The notes: generated by a model from the sequence alone, not told the origin. DNA of 64,000 nucleotides from an uncultured Planctomycetota bacterium (GCA_963719315.1 CAVRBU010000002.1:1248001-1312000), one strand, 5' to 3'; counted from the stretch's first letter, positions 1 to 11,272 are shown. Translations and numbers: made by a program.

Positions 1-23
1 AACTGCTTCAGGCAACTGATGTG

Positions 24-224
24 TTACGAAATTACAAGATCCTGTAGCGACGACGTGGCGTATGTCCCGGCTAGCTTTTGCCCGGTGGCAGAGAGGCCAT
101 TGAGGTTGACTCCTGCCGCGTAATCGAACCCCTCGTAAACGAGCAACTCCGCTTCCGCTGTTCTTGGCGCTCCCCAAAGTACAAGCGCTGTCGCGAATAC
201 CGGCAATTGAAATGTTCGTAACAT
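24..224 (-). pseudogene. N-terminal fragment of an exported (PEP-CTERM-type) protein
   Basis: Signal-peptide-like N-terminus followed by AELLVYEGFDY, a start typical of planctomycete surface proteins; stops after only 66 aa. Confidence 0.45.
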
Positions 225-1190
225 GCTCGTCGATCACCTTGCCGAAGTACCAAGACCCAGCAGGTCGCGGAGACCTTCAGACTCGCTCCCGAAGTCGCAA
301 CTGGCGGCGATGGCAGTGTTCGAAACGTCGCGGAAGAGAGAAGGAGGTCGGCTGACCACCGCAAGACATAAGCTAGAGCGCATCCGAAGCCGCTCTCTCA
401 AACCCCTACTGTAATAAAATTACAGGAAATAGCTAGGGCAACCTTTTCTCCAGAAAGAATTGCGCTCTAAGGGTCGAGGCAATTCGTTGGGGGCGCGCAA
501 GATCATCGAGGTCGTGAGATATCAGTCTGACGCCCCGGATTGGAAGTCGGTTGAACCGCACTCCAGCTCAGCAGGCTGGTCATGCGGGCCTCGGACCCCA
601 GCGGTCGTGGTACCTAGAATTAGTTCGGAACGTAGATTTGACTGGCTTATGACGTGATGTACACTTGAGGTGAGCCCAGCCTCGAAAAGGCCTCTTCAAG
701 TATTCCCGCTTACTTCAGTATCTTTGACAATTCTTTCTTTGCGCGAGACTTCCGCGTCAGCAGCCCGAAGGCGAGTTTCTGACCGACTGGCCGCGACGCG
801 CGTATTACGGAGGTGGGATCATGTTCTGCTCCGATTGCCATCGCCAGGTGTTCTATAGAAATCTTGAAAACTGCGGTTACTGCGAGAGATGCAAACGTGT
901 CGTCGAGATATCACCATGCAGCGTGTCATATTGGTGCGTCTCGGCCGTAATATTGATGCCCTGGCTATTACCGCTTGGCATCGGATGTTGAAAGTAACGT
1001 GAATAGGAATGCGCAGCCGCATCCACTCGCCCGAAGCAACGACTCTGTGGAAAACATAAGGACGCAGGGAAGATTGCCAGCTTTTCGACGGGCCGACGTT
1101 TCACAATCGAGGCCAAGATCTGTGACTCAACCCCACCTTACCACCGCGGGTCGACTCCTTCGCTCGTTCGAGCGATGGCTAAATCGTCGC

Positions 1191-1367
1191 ATGCAAGAGT
1201 TTACGCATTGCTCTGAATGCGAGATCACCGTCAATCCATGGGCTTCTCATTGCCCCAAATGCGGTCAAGCAAATCCAGCTCGGATCTCAAGGTCCGTTGG
1301 TATCATTCTGACGTTTGGAGTCGCGTTGCTGACTTCGACAATGTATTTTCTCTCCATCGCGTTCTAA
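1191..1367 (+). CDS. Small zinc-ribbon membrane protein
   Basis: MQEFTHCSEC...HCPKCG (two CxxC pairs) followed by a hydrophobic C-terminal helix. Confidence 0.6.
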   Translation: MQEFTHCSECEITVNPWASHCPKCGQANPARISRSVGIILTFGVALLTSTMYFLSIAF

Positions 1368-1508
1368 TGAAGCATTTGGTGGCGACGATCAGCTTCACAA
1401 ATGACATGTGCGTTGGAGCAATCGAGGTCCAACGAGGGAGTGAGTTCGTATGATCGAAGACCGGATCAAAATGGTGGTTTGATGACGTACATAGCGGTCC
1501 CGACGCGG

Positions 1509-3370
1509 TCACCGCCGTCGCCTCCGCGACCAACTAGCCGCGCCGAACGCCGCAATCGTCGAAAGCCAGGCGCCGGCCGGCTCCGGCACGAAGACGCCGC
1601 TGTTAAGCAGAGTGAAGTCGCCAACCGTCGTCCCCTCATTCTGGCTGAGGATGTAGACGAACAGCTCCTGGTCGGCCCACTCGGGCGCGAGAAAAACAGG
1701 TAGTTGCCGCTGTCGACTATTTCGCGCGGCAGATCGTCGACTGTGCCATCCATGACGATATAGAAATCGGCGTTGGCGCCGAGCGATAGCGGCGCGGTGC
1801 CGCCCGGTCCGATGATCGTCTCCACCAGATCGGACGCCTGCAGTTCGGCAAGCAGGTTGGGTCCCAGGTCGCGAGGTCGCTTGTGCAAACCCTCGACCGG
1901 GGCTACGAGCACTTGTTGAATCTCGACCCGCGCGATGTTGTCGTTGGCGATCCGCAGCGACTTGGCGGCGAACATCTCGGGCTCGGCAATATCGCTTAGA
2001 TGGAGCCCCTCCAAGTCAGGTTCCTCGGCGACCGGCGCCCCACCGCCCTCGCCTTGGAACTGTGGAAAGAAGAACGGCGTCACGTTGACCAGGGCGACCG
2101 GGGCGGACGTCAGGTCCTCCTTGAGAAGCTCGGGATTCTGCACGTACCAGTCCCAAGTATCCTGCTGCAGGGCGACTTGCACGCTGCTGCCGTCGGGGAT
2201 CGGGCCGCCCGTCGGCTTGGTCCACTGATGGAGAATCGTTTCCAGCGACGTGGTTGGGTCGGCGGAATAGAAATTGGTGTAATCGGTGAAGCGGCGGCTG
2301 CCGACGCTGTACTCATCGGTAGGATTCGTGTTGTCGGTACCGATCGTCGTCAAGAGAAACGAGATGGCGTTGTCGCCGGTGTTGTTTGTGATCTCCCAAT
2401 AGCGCGGCTTGGCGACAAAACCGATCTTGGGACTGCCCGGCACGTCGGTGCAGCAGGTGCGTACGTCGACCGACGCCCGCACGATATCCCAACCCTGGCC
2501 GGGGGCACGCGGATCGATGTCATCCGCACCACCAAGCCCCAGGTTGCCGCCGCACTGCTCCGGGTTATCGAACAGGTCGATCGTGATGTCGGCGTTGGCA
2601 TTGCCCACGCCGACGTACTGAAAGTGCAACTGATGGCCGTAAACGTAGTCCAGAAAGTTGAGCTCGTCTTTGGAGACCTTGCGCCAATATTCTCCGTAGT
2701 CGAGTCCTTTGGGCGGTTTATTGTTGGGCAGATCGTTCGCGCTTTGTCCTTCGTTCATGATCTCGCCGCCGATCGGCGCCGCGGCTTCGTAGCCGCCCAT
2801 GCCGTCCGGGCGGTAGTTAAGGTGGTACGGAACGTACGCGGGCCCCGGGTCGGTGTCGTTGAACCAACTGGCGTCCGGGTGCTGGGAGCCCAGAACGTGC
2901 CCCAACTCGTGGGTCATGACCGAGCGCAGGTCCCAGAACGCCGGAGCTCCATTGTATTTCCGCGTCCACTCATACTTGGCATTGGCCGCCCGCCGCGTCA
3001 TGTCAAACGACGCCTCTTCCCACTCGTCAAATGCCAGGTGGACCTGCTCGCGTTGCCTTGCATCCGGAAACGCCGCCGCAAACGCGGTTGAAAACGTGTA
3101 CGAGATCGGGTCGAAGATGCCTCCCTTGCTCCACGACACAAAGTTGTCGGGCTCGGCCAGGATATTGATCGGCACCCGATTCGGATCCGTCAAGCTAAAG
3201 CCAAGCGACGGACCGGAAATCAGAACTGTGAGCAGGACCGCGGTAACGGGTAGTCCGGGGACGAGCTGAAGGCGGCGGCGCGGCGGTTCGAGGCAACGCG
3301 ATGGGAGACATGCGTACATGGCTACCGACGTGCCGAGGCACGCCCTCCGAAACGTGTTGAATTGCCGCAA
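1509..3370 (-). CDS. Matrixin/metzincin-like Zn metalloprotease with PEP-CTERM tail (frameshift at ~1692-1696)
   Basis: HELGHVLGSQH zinc motif with downstream Met-turn-like EIMN. Shifting frame at the A5 run gives ...GVFVPEPAGAWLSTIAAFGAASWSRRRRR*, stop at 1509-1511. Start uncertain. Confidence 0.75.
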
Positions 3371-3796
3371 CCAGTTCGCGGGGAACTACATTTGCTCGCC
3401 GCTCGTCGGGGTACAGAAGATACGATGATAATGAACTCGACCGACTCGATTTAGCGCTAGGCTACCTAACGGAGCGGCCAAGTCAAGCCTCTGCCGCGCG
3501 CGGGCGGGCCGCAAATTGCCGTAACACCACACTGAAGGGCGGCTTACGGGCAAAGCCTGGCGAGCACTTCCAGCCCCCGGCTGTTCGTCGTCGAGCGGCT
3601 GCATCGTAAACGGCTGAATGCCACAATAGCCACCACATAACAACCGTCATTCGAACACGGTCCCCTAGATCCGGATGTTTGCGCAATTCGGACGCCCCCT
3701 CAGCGCTAGTTTCGCTGACAGCGGTCTGCGCACAAGAAGGACCGTCCTTTTGCACAAAACGCGCATCGAGGGGAGTAGTGCCATATACCTTGGCTT

Positions 3797-3829
3797 GACG
3801 GGGCGCTTCAGGGTTCAGAGCGCCCCGTC
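3797..3829. repeat. Perfect 11-bp hairpin (terminator- or REP-like)
   Basis: gacggggcgct (3797-3807) / agcgccccgtc (3819-3829). Confidence 0.55.
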
Positions 3830-3859
3830 GTCCCATTCTGAGAAAACGTACGACTTTCC

Positions 3860-4163
3860 GGCACGCAAAACCTTTGTCAGAGATCGCCGGGTCGATGAGT
3901 TTTGGAACACCTGATGGCAGGGTCCGCAACGACCGTGTGAACAGCCCGGACTGCCGCCTACCGGTCGTTTATGAACGGTCGGTTTTCGACAGTATCGCGT
4001 CTTGATGAGTTTTGAGACGCGCAGTCCGGTCCTTCATCGCTCTGGTTGCTTCCGGCCGAGCGACCGATTTGCCGGGTGGCATTCGCACCCACTGAAAATC
4101 GCCGACTTTCACGGCATACTGGGTTGGTGGCGTGTTTCACGCGCGAACGAGTTTTGAAACTGC
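3860..4163 (-). repeat. Stacked copies of the PEP-CTERM-associated non-coding element
   Basis: Minus-strand GT(T/C)(T/C)CAAAACTC cores at ~4149-4160, 4007-4018 and 3897-3908; 3860-4020 aligns by eye with 11500-11655. Confidence 0.65.
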
Positions 4164-4690
4164 TCACGCCGCACTGTGTCGCCGAATAGAGATGCCGACT
4201 ACCGCCAATATTACCAGTACACAGGCCGAAGGCTCGGGAGCGGCGGCACCCGCGCCACTGCCACGGGAATCGCCAAAGTGGGATCGCCACAGATTGTAGT
4301 GCGCTTGACCAATGGTGCCGCCAATACCGTTGTCGTTGGGCAGCGAGGTCATCGTACCTTCGTTGTTGCGCCACACGATATAGTCCGCCGCGTCGACGGT
4401 GCCGTTGACGTTGTAGTCGCCAGCGATGACCACGCGCAGGATACCGGCCGTGTAGAGCTGCGAGGTATTCCACATCAAGCCGGGTGAGAGCGCCGGAAGC
4501 AATAGCGCCAAGAACGCGCCGCTCGGCGAGCCATTCCAATCGAGAATATCGAAGGAGTTGCCGGCGGCCGGCGAAGGGATTGACCAGCGACGCCAGCATG
4601 CCCATAACGAGCATCAGTGATCTGGTCGGCACGGGAACGGCGGCAATTGCAACCTCGCCGCCCGATTGGCCGAAGCGGGCTCGCCGCATG
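4164..4690 (-). pseudogene. Two stacked orphan PEP-CTERM gene 3' ends
   Basis: 4164-~4590 reads GNSFDILDW...GDYNVNGTVDAADYIVWR...AAAPEPSACVLVILAVVGISIRRHSAA. ~4595-4690 reads RARFGQSGGEVAIAAVPVPTRSLMLVMGMLA, a degenerate second tail. No N-terminal passenger or signal peptide. Confidence 0.75.
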
Positions 4691-4701
4691 TCGCGGTCGC
4701 T

Positions 4702-4717
4702 AGCAATTTAAGTGCCA
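4702..4717 (-). promoter_or_regulatory. Sigma-54 (-24/-12) promoter consensus
   Basis: Minus strand reads TGGCAC-TTAAA-TTGCT, an exact match to TGGCAC-N5-TTGCW. Confidence 0.5.
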
Positions 4718-4893
4718 CGGCGTTTTTGCACTGCGTGACGTAGTTGGCAGCGGCGAACCTAACAATGTTGGTGTCCGATTTCAGTAAGTATTGTTTGCCA
4801 CTGGACGAAGAACGCAAGAACGGTTGATACAATTTAAGAGTCCACTCGTTTGCTCGGTTCTTTCCAGACGACAAGGAAAATAGTCAACTATCA

Positions 4894-6444
4894 ATGCGCG
4901 ACCGAATTGCACCCGACAATCAGTTAAATTTGAGAGTTTCTAGCCAACACCTCTGCCGAAACGCGGCCAAATGGCAAACGATTTTTCTTTCTTTCCTAGG
5001 CGTGGTTTTGGGGTGTTGCACGCTGCGTGCGGACACGGCCGCGCCAACCGGGGCGAGACACTTCGATAAGCCTAACGTGATCCTTATTTTGGCCGACGAT
5101 TTAGGTTATGGCGAATTGAGTTGTCAAGGCAACACGCAAATTCCCACAACGCACATCGATTCGATTGCTGGCAGTGGAATTCGATTCACGAATGGGTACG
5201 TCACCGCGCCGAACTGCAGCCCATCGCGGGCCGGGCTGCTGACAGGGCGCTTTCCCACGCGATTTGGTTATGAATTCAATCCAACTGGTACCCAGAACGA
5301 AGATCCTTCAATCGGGTTGCCTGTCGAGCAGTCCACTATTGCCGATCGGCTGCGCCTGGCAGGCTATGTGACGGGCATCGTGGGTAAATGGCACCTCGGA
5401 GGCACCGCTGCTTACCACCCGTCGCGCCGCGGATTCGACGAGTTTTTCGGCTTCACTCATGAAGGTCACTTCTACGTGCCAGACCCGTGGCGCGGCGTTA
5501 CCTCCATGCTGCGGCGGAAGAACCTGCCTGGTGGCGGTCAAGGGCGTCGGTCGTTTGGGAACGTAACCTACAACACTGAAATGCGTCAGCAGGAACCCGC
5601 ATATGACGCCAACAACCCCATCCTTCGCGGCTCGCAGCCAATCACCGAGCCAGCTTACCTCACCGATGTCTGGACTCGTGAAGCGGTCGATTTCATCGGG
5701 CACCACCGCGACAAGCCATTCTTTCTGTACGTGGCATATAACGCCGTCCACAGTCCTTTGCAGGCCACGAATGAGTACATGAAGAAGTTTTCCAAAATCG
5801 ACGACCTGCAACGGCGGATATTCGCAGCGATGCTATCCAATCTGGACGATTCAGTGGGCGCCGTGCTCCAAAAGGTACGCTACGAGGGGTTGGAGAACGA
5901 TACGATTGTAGTGTTTCTCAGCGACAACGGTGGGCCAACCCGCGAACTCACAAGTTCGAACCTGCCTTTACGAGGCGGGAAAGGCCAAATGTACGAAGGA
6001 GGCATTCGCGTTCCATTCATGATCTCTTGGCCCGGACATCTGCCCACCAGCAAGCTTTATCATGAGCCGATCAGCTCGGTAGACCTCTTCGCCTCGATAT
6101 TAAAAATCGCCGGCGAGCAAGCTGACCCGCAATTCGACGGAGTGGATTTCGTCCCCTACCTGGTCGGTGCGCGCAAAGGCCGACCGCACGAGGCGCTGTA
6201 TTGGCGGCAGGGGCTCAACACGGCATTCCGTGTCGGCGATTGGAAGCTACTGCGCCAGGGCCTCAACGAAACGCTAGGTGAGTGGGAGCTCTACAACCTC
6301 CACGACGACATTTCGGAGACAAACAATCTAGCCGCGTCCCGGCCCGATATGCTCAAGGAACTGTTATCTCGTTGGAATATGCTTGATGCCGAAATGATCA
6401 AACCAGCGTTCGGGCCATCCACGGCCAGCAAGCATCAGAAATAG
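4894..6444 (+). CDS. Arylsulfatase / type I sulfatase
   Basis: PNVILILADDLG, CSPSRAGLLTGR (formylglycine motif), GKWHLG, SDNGG. Confidence 0.95.
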   Translation: MRDRIAPDNQLNLRVSSQHLCRNAAKWQTIFLSFLGVVLGCCTLRADTAAPTGARHFDKPNVILILADDLGYGELSCQGNTQIPTTHIDSIAGSGIRFTNGYVTAPNCSPSRAGLLTGRFPTRFGYEFNPTGTQNEDPSIGLPVEQSTIADRLRLAGYVTGIVGKWHLGGTAAYHPSRRGFDEFFGFTHEGHFYVPDPWRGVTSMLRRKNLPGGGQGRRSFGNVTYNTEMRQQEPAYDANNPILRGSQPITEPAYLTDVWTREAVDFIGHHRDKPFFLYVAYNAVHSPLQATNEYMKKFSKIDDLQRRIFAAMLSNLDDSVGAVLQKVRYEGLENDTIVVFLSDNGGPTRELTSSNLPLRGGKGQMYEGGIRVPFMISWPGHLPTSKLYHEPISSVDLFASILKIAGEQADPQFDGVDFVPYLVGARKGRPHEALYWRQGLNTAFRVGDWKLLRQGLNETLGEWELYNLHDDISETNNLAASRPDMLKELLSRWNMLDAEMIKPAFGPSTASKHQK

Positions 6445-6504
6445 ATTAGAACGCGTTTGTTAGTAGGGTACGTAGTGACTACTTCGAACACTCGTTGTTC
6501 TTTG

Positions 6505-6951
6505 TCACTGTGGACCAACCGACGACGCATCACTTGTTTGTCGCGCGTCCCGGCGCGCCACTACCACCGAGATCATGACGCCGTAAGCTGCAAAAATGAG
6601 CCAGAAGCAACTCGTGGCCAACAATAGATGTCCACGAAAGGCCTCGATCTCGTCTTGCACCGCTGCCGGTTGTAACGGAATAAGCAAGGCGAAAAACAAT
6701 GTTCCGAAAATCAGTCACTTTGCCGCTGCGGAGCGCGGCAATCGGCTTCCCACTAGTGCAAACAAGACTCCGCCTAATAAGCCTAATACCGAACCGATCA
6801 GCACAATTCCAGCCGATGCTCCTATCCCAAAATTGGTAGGCCGACCGACCGCCAAAGCCAGTCCCCGCATCGCCACGCGTCCGCCGATCCCCAGAAATGC
6901 CGTACCGCTTAAGACGCCGACCAAGAGCAGTTCACCGGTACGTCGGATCAT
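6505..6951 (-). pseudogene. Membrane protein with an in-frame TGA at 6715-6717
   Basis: ORFs 6715-6951 and 6505-6699 share a frame and read ...AAAK*LIFGTLFFALL...; several TM helices. Confidence 0.55.
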
Positions 6952-7197
6952 CGGAGTGGTTGGGGCAAAGATTACATGACGGTGTCAACGCAAACATTCG
7001 AATTGCTTTCGATCATAACACAGCAATCCATCGGCGAGCGAGCACCGTGATCGTGCGGGCAATAGTGTTGCAGACCAAAATGTGAGTTCTCGCGGTTGGT
7101 GCCTCGTTTCATAAGGCCTTTACTTGGCATGTCTCATAACGACTTTTGGCGAGACGCTTTGATGACAAATTCGACAGCTGACTCCGCCCACACTGGA

Positions 7198-9315
7198 CTA
7201 TTGGATAGTTCTTTGTCCAGATTGACGCAAGCCTGTGGCGTCAAACTTCACAAATTCGCCACCTACTCTTTGACAGGTAAGCTCAAGTTGCGGTTGGCCA
7301 TTGGCGTGACGATACAATAGCCGCAGCGGATGCCAGCCCGCCTTAAGGCGAACGCTGCCGGTGAACTTGCCAGCGGAGTTTTTCATTGGCTCGTCGATCA
7401 CCCGGATGTCGTGCAAGAACAGCATCGCGCCTGTGTCGGTATCGACAGTGAACGAATATTCGCCATCGTGCGGCGCCACGAAGTAGCCATTGAAGGCGAC
7501 GCCGAATGGCTTGTCGGCCGACGACATCGTCAATTCGAATTGCTTCGATTTGCCTGTGCTGGCGGGTGTGAGCGTGCGGAAGTCGGGCATCCACGGCCAT
7601 TCACCTTGGAACAACGACCAGGTGAGTCCCGGTTTGGTAGAGGGTGGATTAGGCACCGCAGGTACCAGCGCTTTATCATACGGCCGCTTGGCACCGGGAT
7701 CGGGCTTACGAACTTGGAGCACGCGCGCTTTCATGGCGGTTTGCAGAGCAATGAATTTCGGATCGCCCGCCAAATTGTGCGCTTCGTGCGGGTCTTGGCT
7801 CAGGTCGAAAATGCCGAAATCGTCGTCTGCCGTTTTCACGTTGTATCGGATTCCTTTGTAGCCGTCTAAGTAGATGGACTGCATCTGCTCGCGCAAATGT
7901 CCGCGATGCGCCGGCACGAAGTCTTGAAAGTCGGGAGTTTTGGCGCTGTTAAAATATTCGACATACAGCGTGCCAGGCATCTGCCGCCCACGCCCAGTGA
8001 GTGACGGCAAGAGCGACACGCCGTCCGACCCGGCCAACGCCGGCACTCCGGCCAAATCGGCAAATGTGGCCAACCAATCCCAGTGACCAGAGGGATGATT
8101 GTCGACGCTCCCGGCGGGAATACCACGCGGCCAGCGCACGAGTGTTGGCTCACGCTCTCCGCCCTCAAGTGTATCGCGCTTGATGCCATCAAAAGGCCCG
8201 AAACCGCGAAAGAACGTCGGGCGGTAGGGCTCCTTGAAATACGATTCGATGGATGGGCCATTGTCGGAAGTGAACACGACGAACGTGTTGTCATCAATTT
8301 TCAAATCTTTCAAAAGCTGGAGCAGATCGCCCACGCAGTCATCGATGCGGCGCACGTCGTTCGCATATCGCTTCTGCACGTCCGGCCAGGGGACTGCCGG
8401 CGTGGTGGGATCACGGTCGTTGTCCCAGGTCGCATTTGCGTAATCAGGATGCATCCAACCATCTATCGTCCCGTTGGCGGTATTGATCATCGCGCCTGGT
8501 TTGCCCGTCCATTGCACCCCGCCTTGGAGGCCGCCGCCAGTTGGGTAGGCGCACGGCGGATTCTGCAGCTTGGCGTGCGGTGTGTCGTAGGCGAGATACA
8601 GGAAGAACGGTTGCTGACGATCAGTGGCAATGTGATCGGCGATCCATTTTTTGGCTCGCGCCGTAAAAAGGTCAGTCGTGTAGCATAAGTCCAAACCTGC
8701 GGAAACTTCGCGGTTGTCCTCCCACACTTCACGTTTGTCCTCCTTCGGATAGTGAAAATGGCCATCTTTGTGCCGCACATAACCGAAGTAAAAATCGAAG
8801 CCGCGCATCGTCGGATACGCGGGCCAGCGCGCCGCCGACCCTTCTTCATCTGCTTCCGTGCCGCCCGCTTTCGCGCTGCCTTGCAAGCCCCACTTGCCGA
8901 CTGCCGCCGTGGCGTAGCCGGCTTGTTGGAGCACCGTGCCGAGTGTGTGCGTGTCCGCCAGGGCTTTGTCGAATTGATTGTCGCGGACGTTGGCGTGGCC
9001 CTGTGTGAGTCCCGTCAGCAGCGACGCCCGCGACGGCGCACACACCGGTGCGGCGCAATAGTGTTGCTGCAGCTTCACACCGTCTCGCGCCAGCGTGTCG
9101 ATATGCGGCGTGAAAAAAAATGGCACGCTGGGATTGTGCTGGGCGGCGCGCTCGTTCTGGTAAAAGACTCCGATGTCGCCGTAGCCAAGATCATCGCACA
9201 AGATGAAGATGATATTCGGACGCGGGGCCGGCTTTGTTTGTGCGGCCTGCCCCACAATTGTCGCAGCCGCTCCACACGCTGCGACGAGGTTAATAATCAA
9301 AGGTGAAGATTTCAT
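7198..9315 (-). CDS. Sulfatase with C-terminal PA14-like domain
   Basis: PNIIFILCDDLG, CAPSRASLLTG, GKWG, SDNGP; C-terminal FNGYFVAPHDGEYSF...LKAGWHPLRLLY. Confidence 0.93.
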   Translation of the reverse strand: MKSSPLIINLVAACGAAATIVGQAAQTKPAPRPNIIFILCDDLGYGDIGVFYQNERAAQHNPSVPFFFTPHIDTLARDGVKLQQHYCAAPVCAPSRASLLTGLTQGHANVRDNQFDKALADTHTLGTVLQQAGYATAAVGKWGLQGSAKAGGTEADEEGSAARWPAYPTMRGFDFYFGYVRHKDGHFHYPKEDKREVWEDNREVSAGLDLCYTTDLFTARAKKWIADHIATDRQQPFFLYLAYDTPHAKLQNPPCAYPTGGGLQGGVQWTGKPGAMINTANGTIDGWMHPDYANATWDNDRDPTTPAVPWPDVQKRYANDVRRIDDCVGDLLQLLKDLKIDDNTFVVFTSDNGPSIESYFKEPYRPTFFRGFGPFDGIKRDTLEGGEREPTLVRWPRGIPAGSVDNHPSGHWDWLATFADLAGVPALAGSDGVSLLPSLTGRGRQMPGTLYVEYFNSAKTPDFQDFVPAHRGHLREQMQSIYLDGYKGIRYNVKTADDDFGIFDLSQDPHEAHNLAGDPKFIALQTAMKARVLQVRKPDPGAKRPYDKALVPAVPNPPSTKPGLTWSLFQGEWPWMPDFRTLTPASTGKSKQFELTMSSADKPFGVAFNGYFVAPHDGEYSFTVDTDTGAMLFLHDIRVIDEPMKNSAGKFTGSVRLKAGWHPLRLLYRHANGQPQLELTCQRVGGEFVKFDATGLRQSGQRTIQ

Positions 9316-9484
9316 TGTTGGGAGCTCGATTAAGCTGCCAGATTCTTCTAGCGGCTGTCAAGTTTAACGGGGTCGCGATGTCATTCGGAAGAGTGGCCTC
9401 GATCTCGTCGGCCACACCGCCGTATTGTAATAAGAGGTATAGGACGGAATAAGGCATGCAATTAAGGAACCTGCGAATCGCGTT

Positions 9485-9700
9485 TCGGAATCGTTGATTA
9501 GATGACGCGTTTTTGCGGTCAGAGCGGCCGCAGAGTGTCAGGACGGCCCCGGTGTTGAGTTTCCGGAACGGAAAATCAGTTCCGAAAAGCTACCGCATCG
9601 ACGGGTTTAGAAACGCCCGGTGAAGGCGTCAGTCGCGGTCGCCGTAGCAGGCCGGATAGCCACCATCGCAACCATTTCTTAACGGTGGATTATTGGCACA
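9485..9700 (-). repeat. Dispersed non-coding element (copy)
   Basis: Reverse complement aligns with 14541-14700 (cggcga.cgcgactga.gcctt..ccgg.cgtttc.aaac...gatgcg.tagctttt...cgttccg.aaactc...cctgacactc) and with 11531-11635. Confidence 0.75.
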
Positions 9701-9707
9701 TCCGAGG

Positions 9708-10094
9708 TTAGGACTTCTCCTGCCAACTGGCGTCGTCACTCATCGCCAATCCACAGCCAGGGCAACATTTCCATGTCAGCCAATCATCATTCGGGTCGCT
9801 CCCTTGCCAGTCATGCTCACACTGTGGGCATTTGATGTCTGGCCTGGAGTATATCATGCGAGTGAGCCTGCCACCGATAAAGAAAACGGCTGACCCCAAT
9901 CCAAGGACGCCGCCCAACATTATCTCGTCGCGATTCATGGGCTTTTGCATAAACCATGTTCCAAGCCCGACGACAGTGCCAGCGATAAATGAAAACGAGA
10001 TTGCCCAAGCCATTCGGCTACGCCATCTGAAATGTGCCTCTTTAAGGCACACGACCGCGGCGAGGAGCACTGGGTCAATTCTTGGTGTGCTCAT
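9708..10094 (-). CDS. Hypothetical membrane protein with C-terminal zinc ribbon
   Basis: Two TM helices followed by CPQC...CCPGC. Confidence 0.6.
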   Translation of the reverse strand: MSTPRIDPVLLAAVVCLKEAHFRWRSRMAWAISFSFIAGTVVGLGTWFMQKPMNRDEIMLGGVLGLGSAVFFIGGRLTRMIYSRPDIKCPQCEHDWQGSDPNDDWLTWKCCPGCGLAMSDDASWQEKS

Positions 10095-10231
10095 ATGACC
10101 CCAACTCGTATTGTTACAGCTTGTCTTGTACGACTCTTCGACACATTCGAGACCGGCTAGGGCATCTCATTGAGGGTCCTATACGGGGAAGTACGAAAGC
10201 CAATGGTAGTACTCATCCTACCACTCGCTCA

Positions 10232-10691
10232 CTTAGGAACGCGGGGAAAATAACTTCGGTATCTACTGGGATTCGAATCGGTAGTTGAATTGCGGCAGGG
10301 TTCTGTTTCGGATGACGGTTTCTTGATGGAGGTATGCGGGCGAAGGTTTGATGCCGGAAGGATAGAGTTTACGAGCCAACTCAGTAACGACGCGCAAGCC
10401 TGGGCGAGTGGTGGTTCGCTCGATCGCTTCACGAACGAGTTCGACGCTCCGCAGCAGCAGTGACTGAAGCGAGCGGCTGATGTGGCAAAATAGGCGATGG
10501 TCGATGGGGTTATATTTGGAGCAGTACGGCGGAAGATGGCAGACGCGTATCACTTTGCCGAGTTGACTCGCCAAGATCTGAAGTTGTTCTCGAAACAGGC
10601 CAACTCGATAGCCGTTGCTGCCGCCGCAATCGGCCAACAGCAGCAGCGGCGCATCGGCCGGGTAATGCCACTTGCCCAGGCTACATCGCAT
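10232..10691 (-). mobile_element. ISAzo13-family transposase, 3' fragment with element end
   Basis: LLLADCGGSNGYR...CHLPPYCSKYNPIDHRLF motifs; GAAGTTATTTT...CTAAG end-like sequence after the stop; 5' part missing. Confidence 0.85.
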
Positions 10692-11272
10692 TGAACACTC
10701 GTGGCGAGCTTCACCGGAACTTTATTCGCGCGGGCGTCTCACTTCTTTTCGACAGGGGTACGAGCGGATCGAGGCCTCTTGAGCCGGGGGGCACGACTCT
10801 GGAACTAATCCACTCGGAAGAATGCCGTTTTCGCCACGTTAAACTGACGCCCGGGAAATACTTGGTGTACCTCACATGGGACGAGGCGTACACCGACTGG
10901 CAGTGGATCGAGGTAGCTGAGGGAAAGGCAAATCATATGATTCAGTTGCGATTGGATCCCAGTCAGGCGGGCCAGCTCGTGGTTCAAGTGGCCGAGTCGG
11001 AACCAGTTTTCCTTGTCCCGCTCGACGAGCGTGGCGAAGTGCCAGTTGCGGGCGATTCGCTACTGCTCATGAGTTTTGCCCACGCCTTGGGACTGAGTGT
11101 TGAGCCGGAGAACGGGATCGCACAGTTCGCCAGTGTTCGGCCAGGCACGTACCGAATGCTTGCCGGAGGCCGGGGCCAGGACGTGACGATTCACTCGCAG
11201 CAAGTAACCCGGGTGGAGCTCGGCAAAGGGAGCGGAACGAAACTCAGACGATTGCCGGCTGTACTGCGATGA
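10691..11272 (+). pseudogene. C-terminal fragment of a carboxypeptidase-regulatory-like (beta-sandwich) protein
   Basis: FRHVKLTPGKYLV and FASVRPGTYRM repeats; begins abruptly at the IS fragment junction. Confidence 0.45.

Noticed and set aside
2000..3091. Long antisense ORFs (also 34069-35208, 47341-48213, 57280-58146, 62261-63205)
   Set aside because: Shadows of well-supported genes in GC-rich DNA, with no motifs of their own.
3860..4163. CRISPR array from recurring GTYYCAAAACTC cores
   Set aside because: Cores are short and degenerate, spacing is irregular (~110 and ~140 bp), the intervening DNA recurs elsewhere, and there are no cas genes.
6715..6717. Selenocysteine or alternative genetic code at the in-frame TGA
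   Set aside because: No redox context or evident SECIS; TGA terminates many other genes here.
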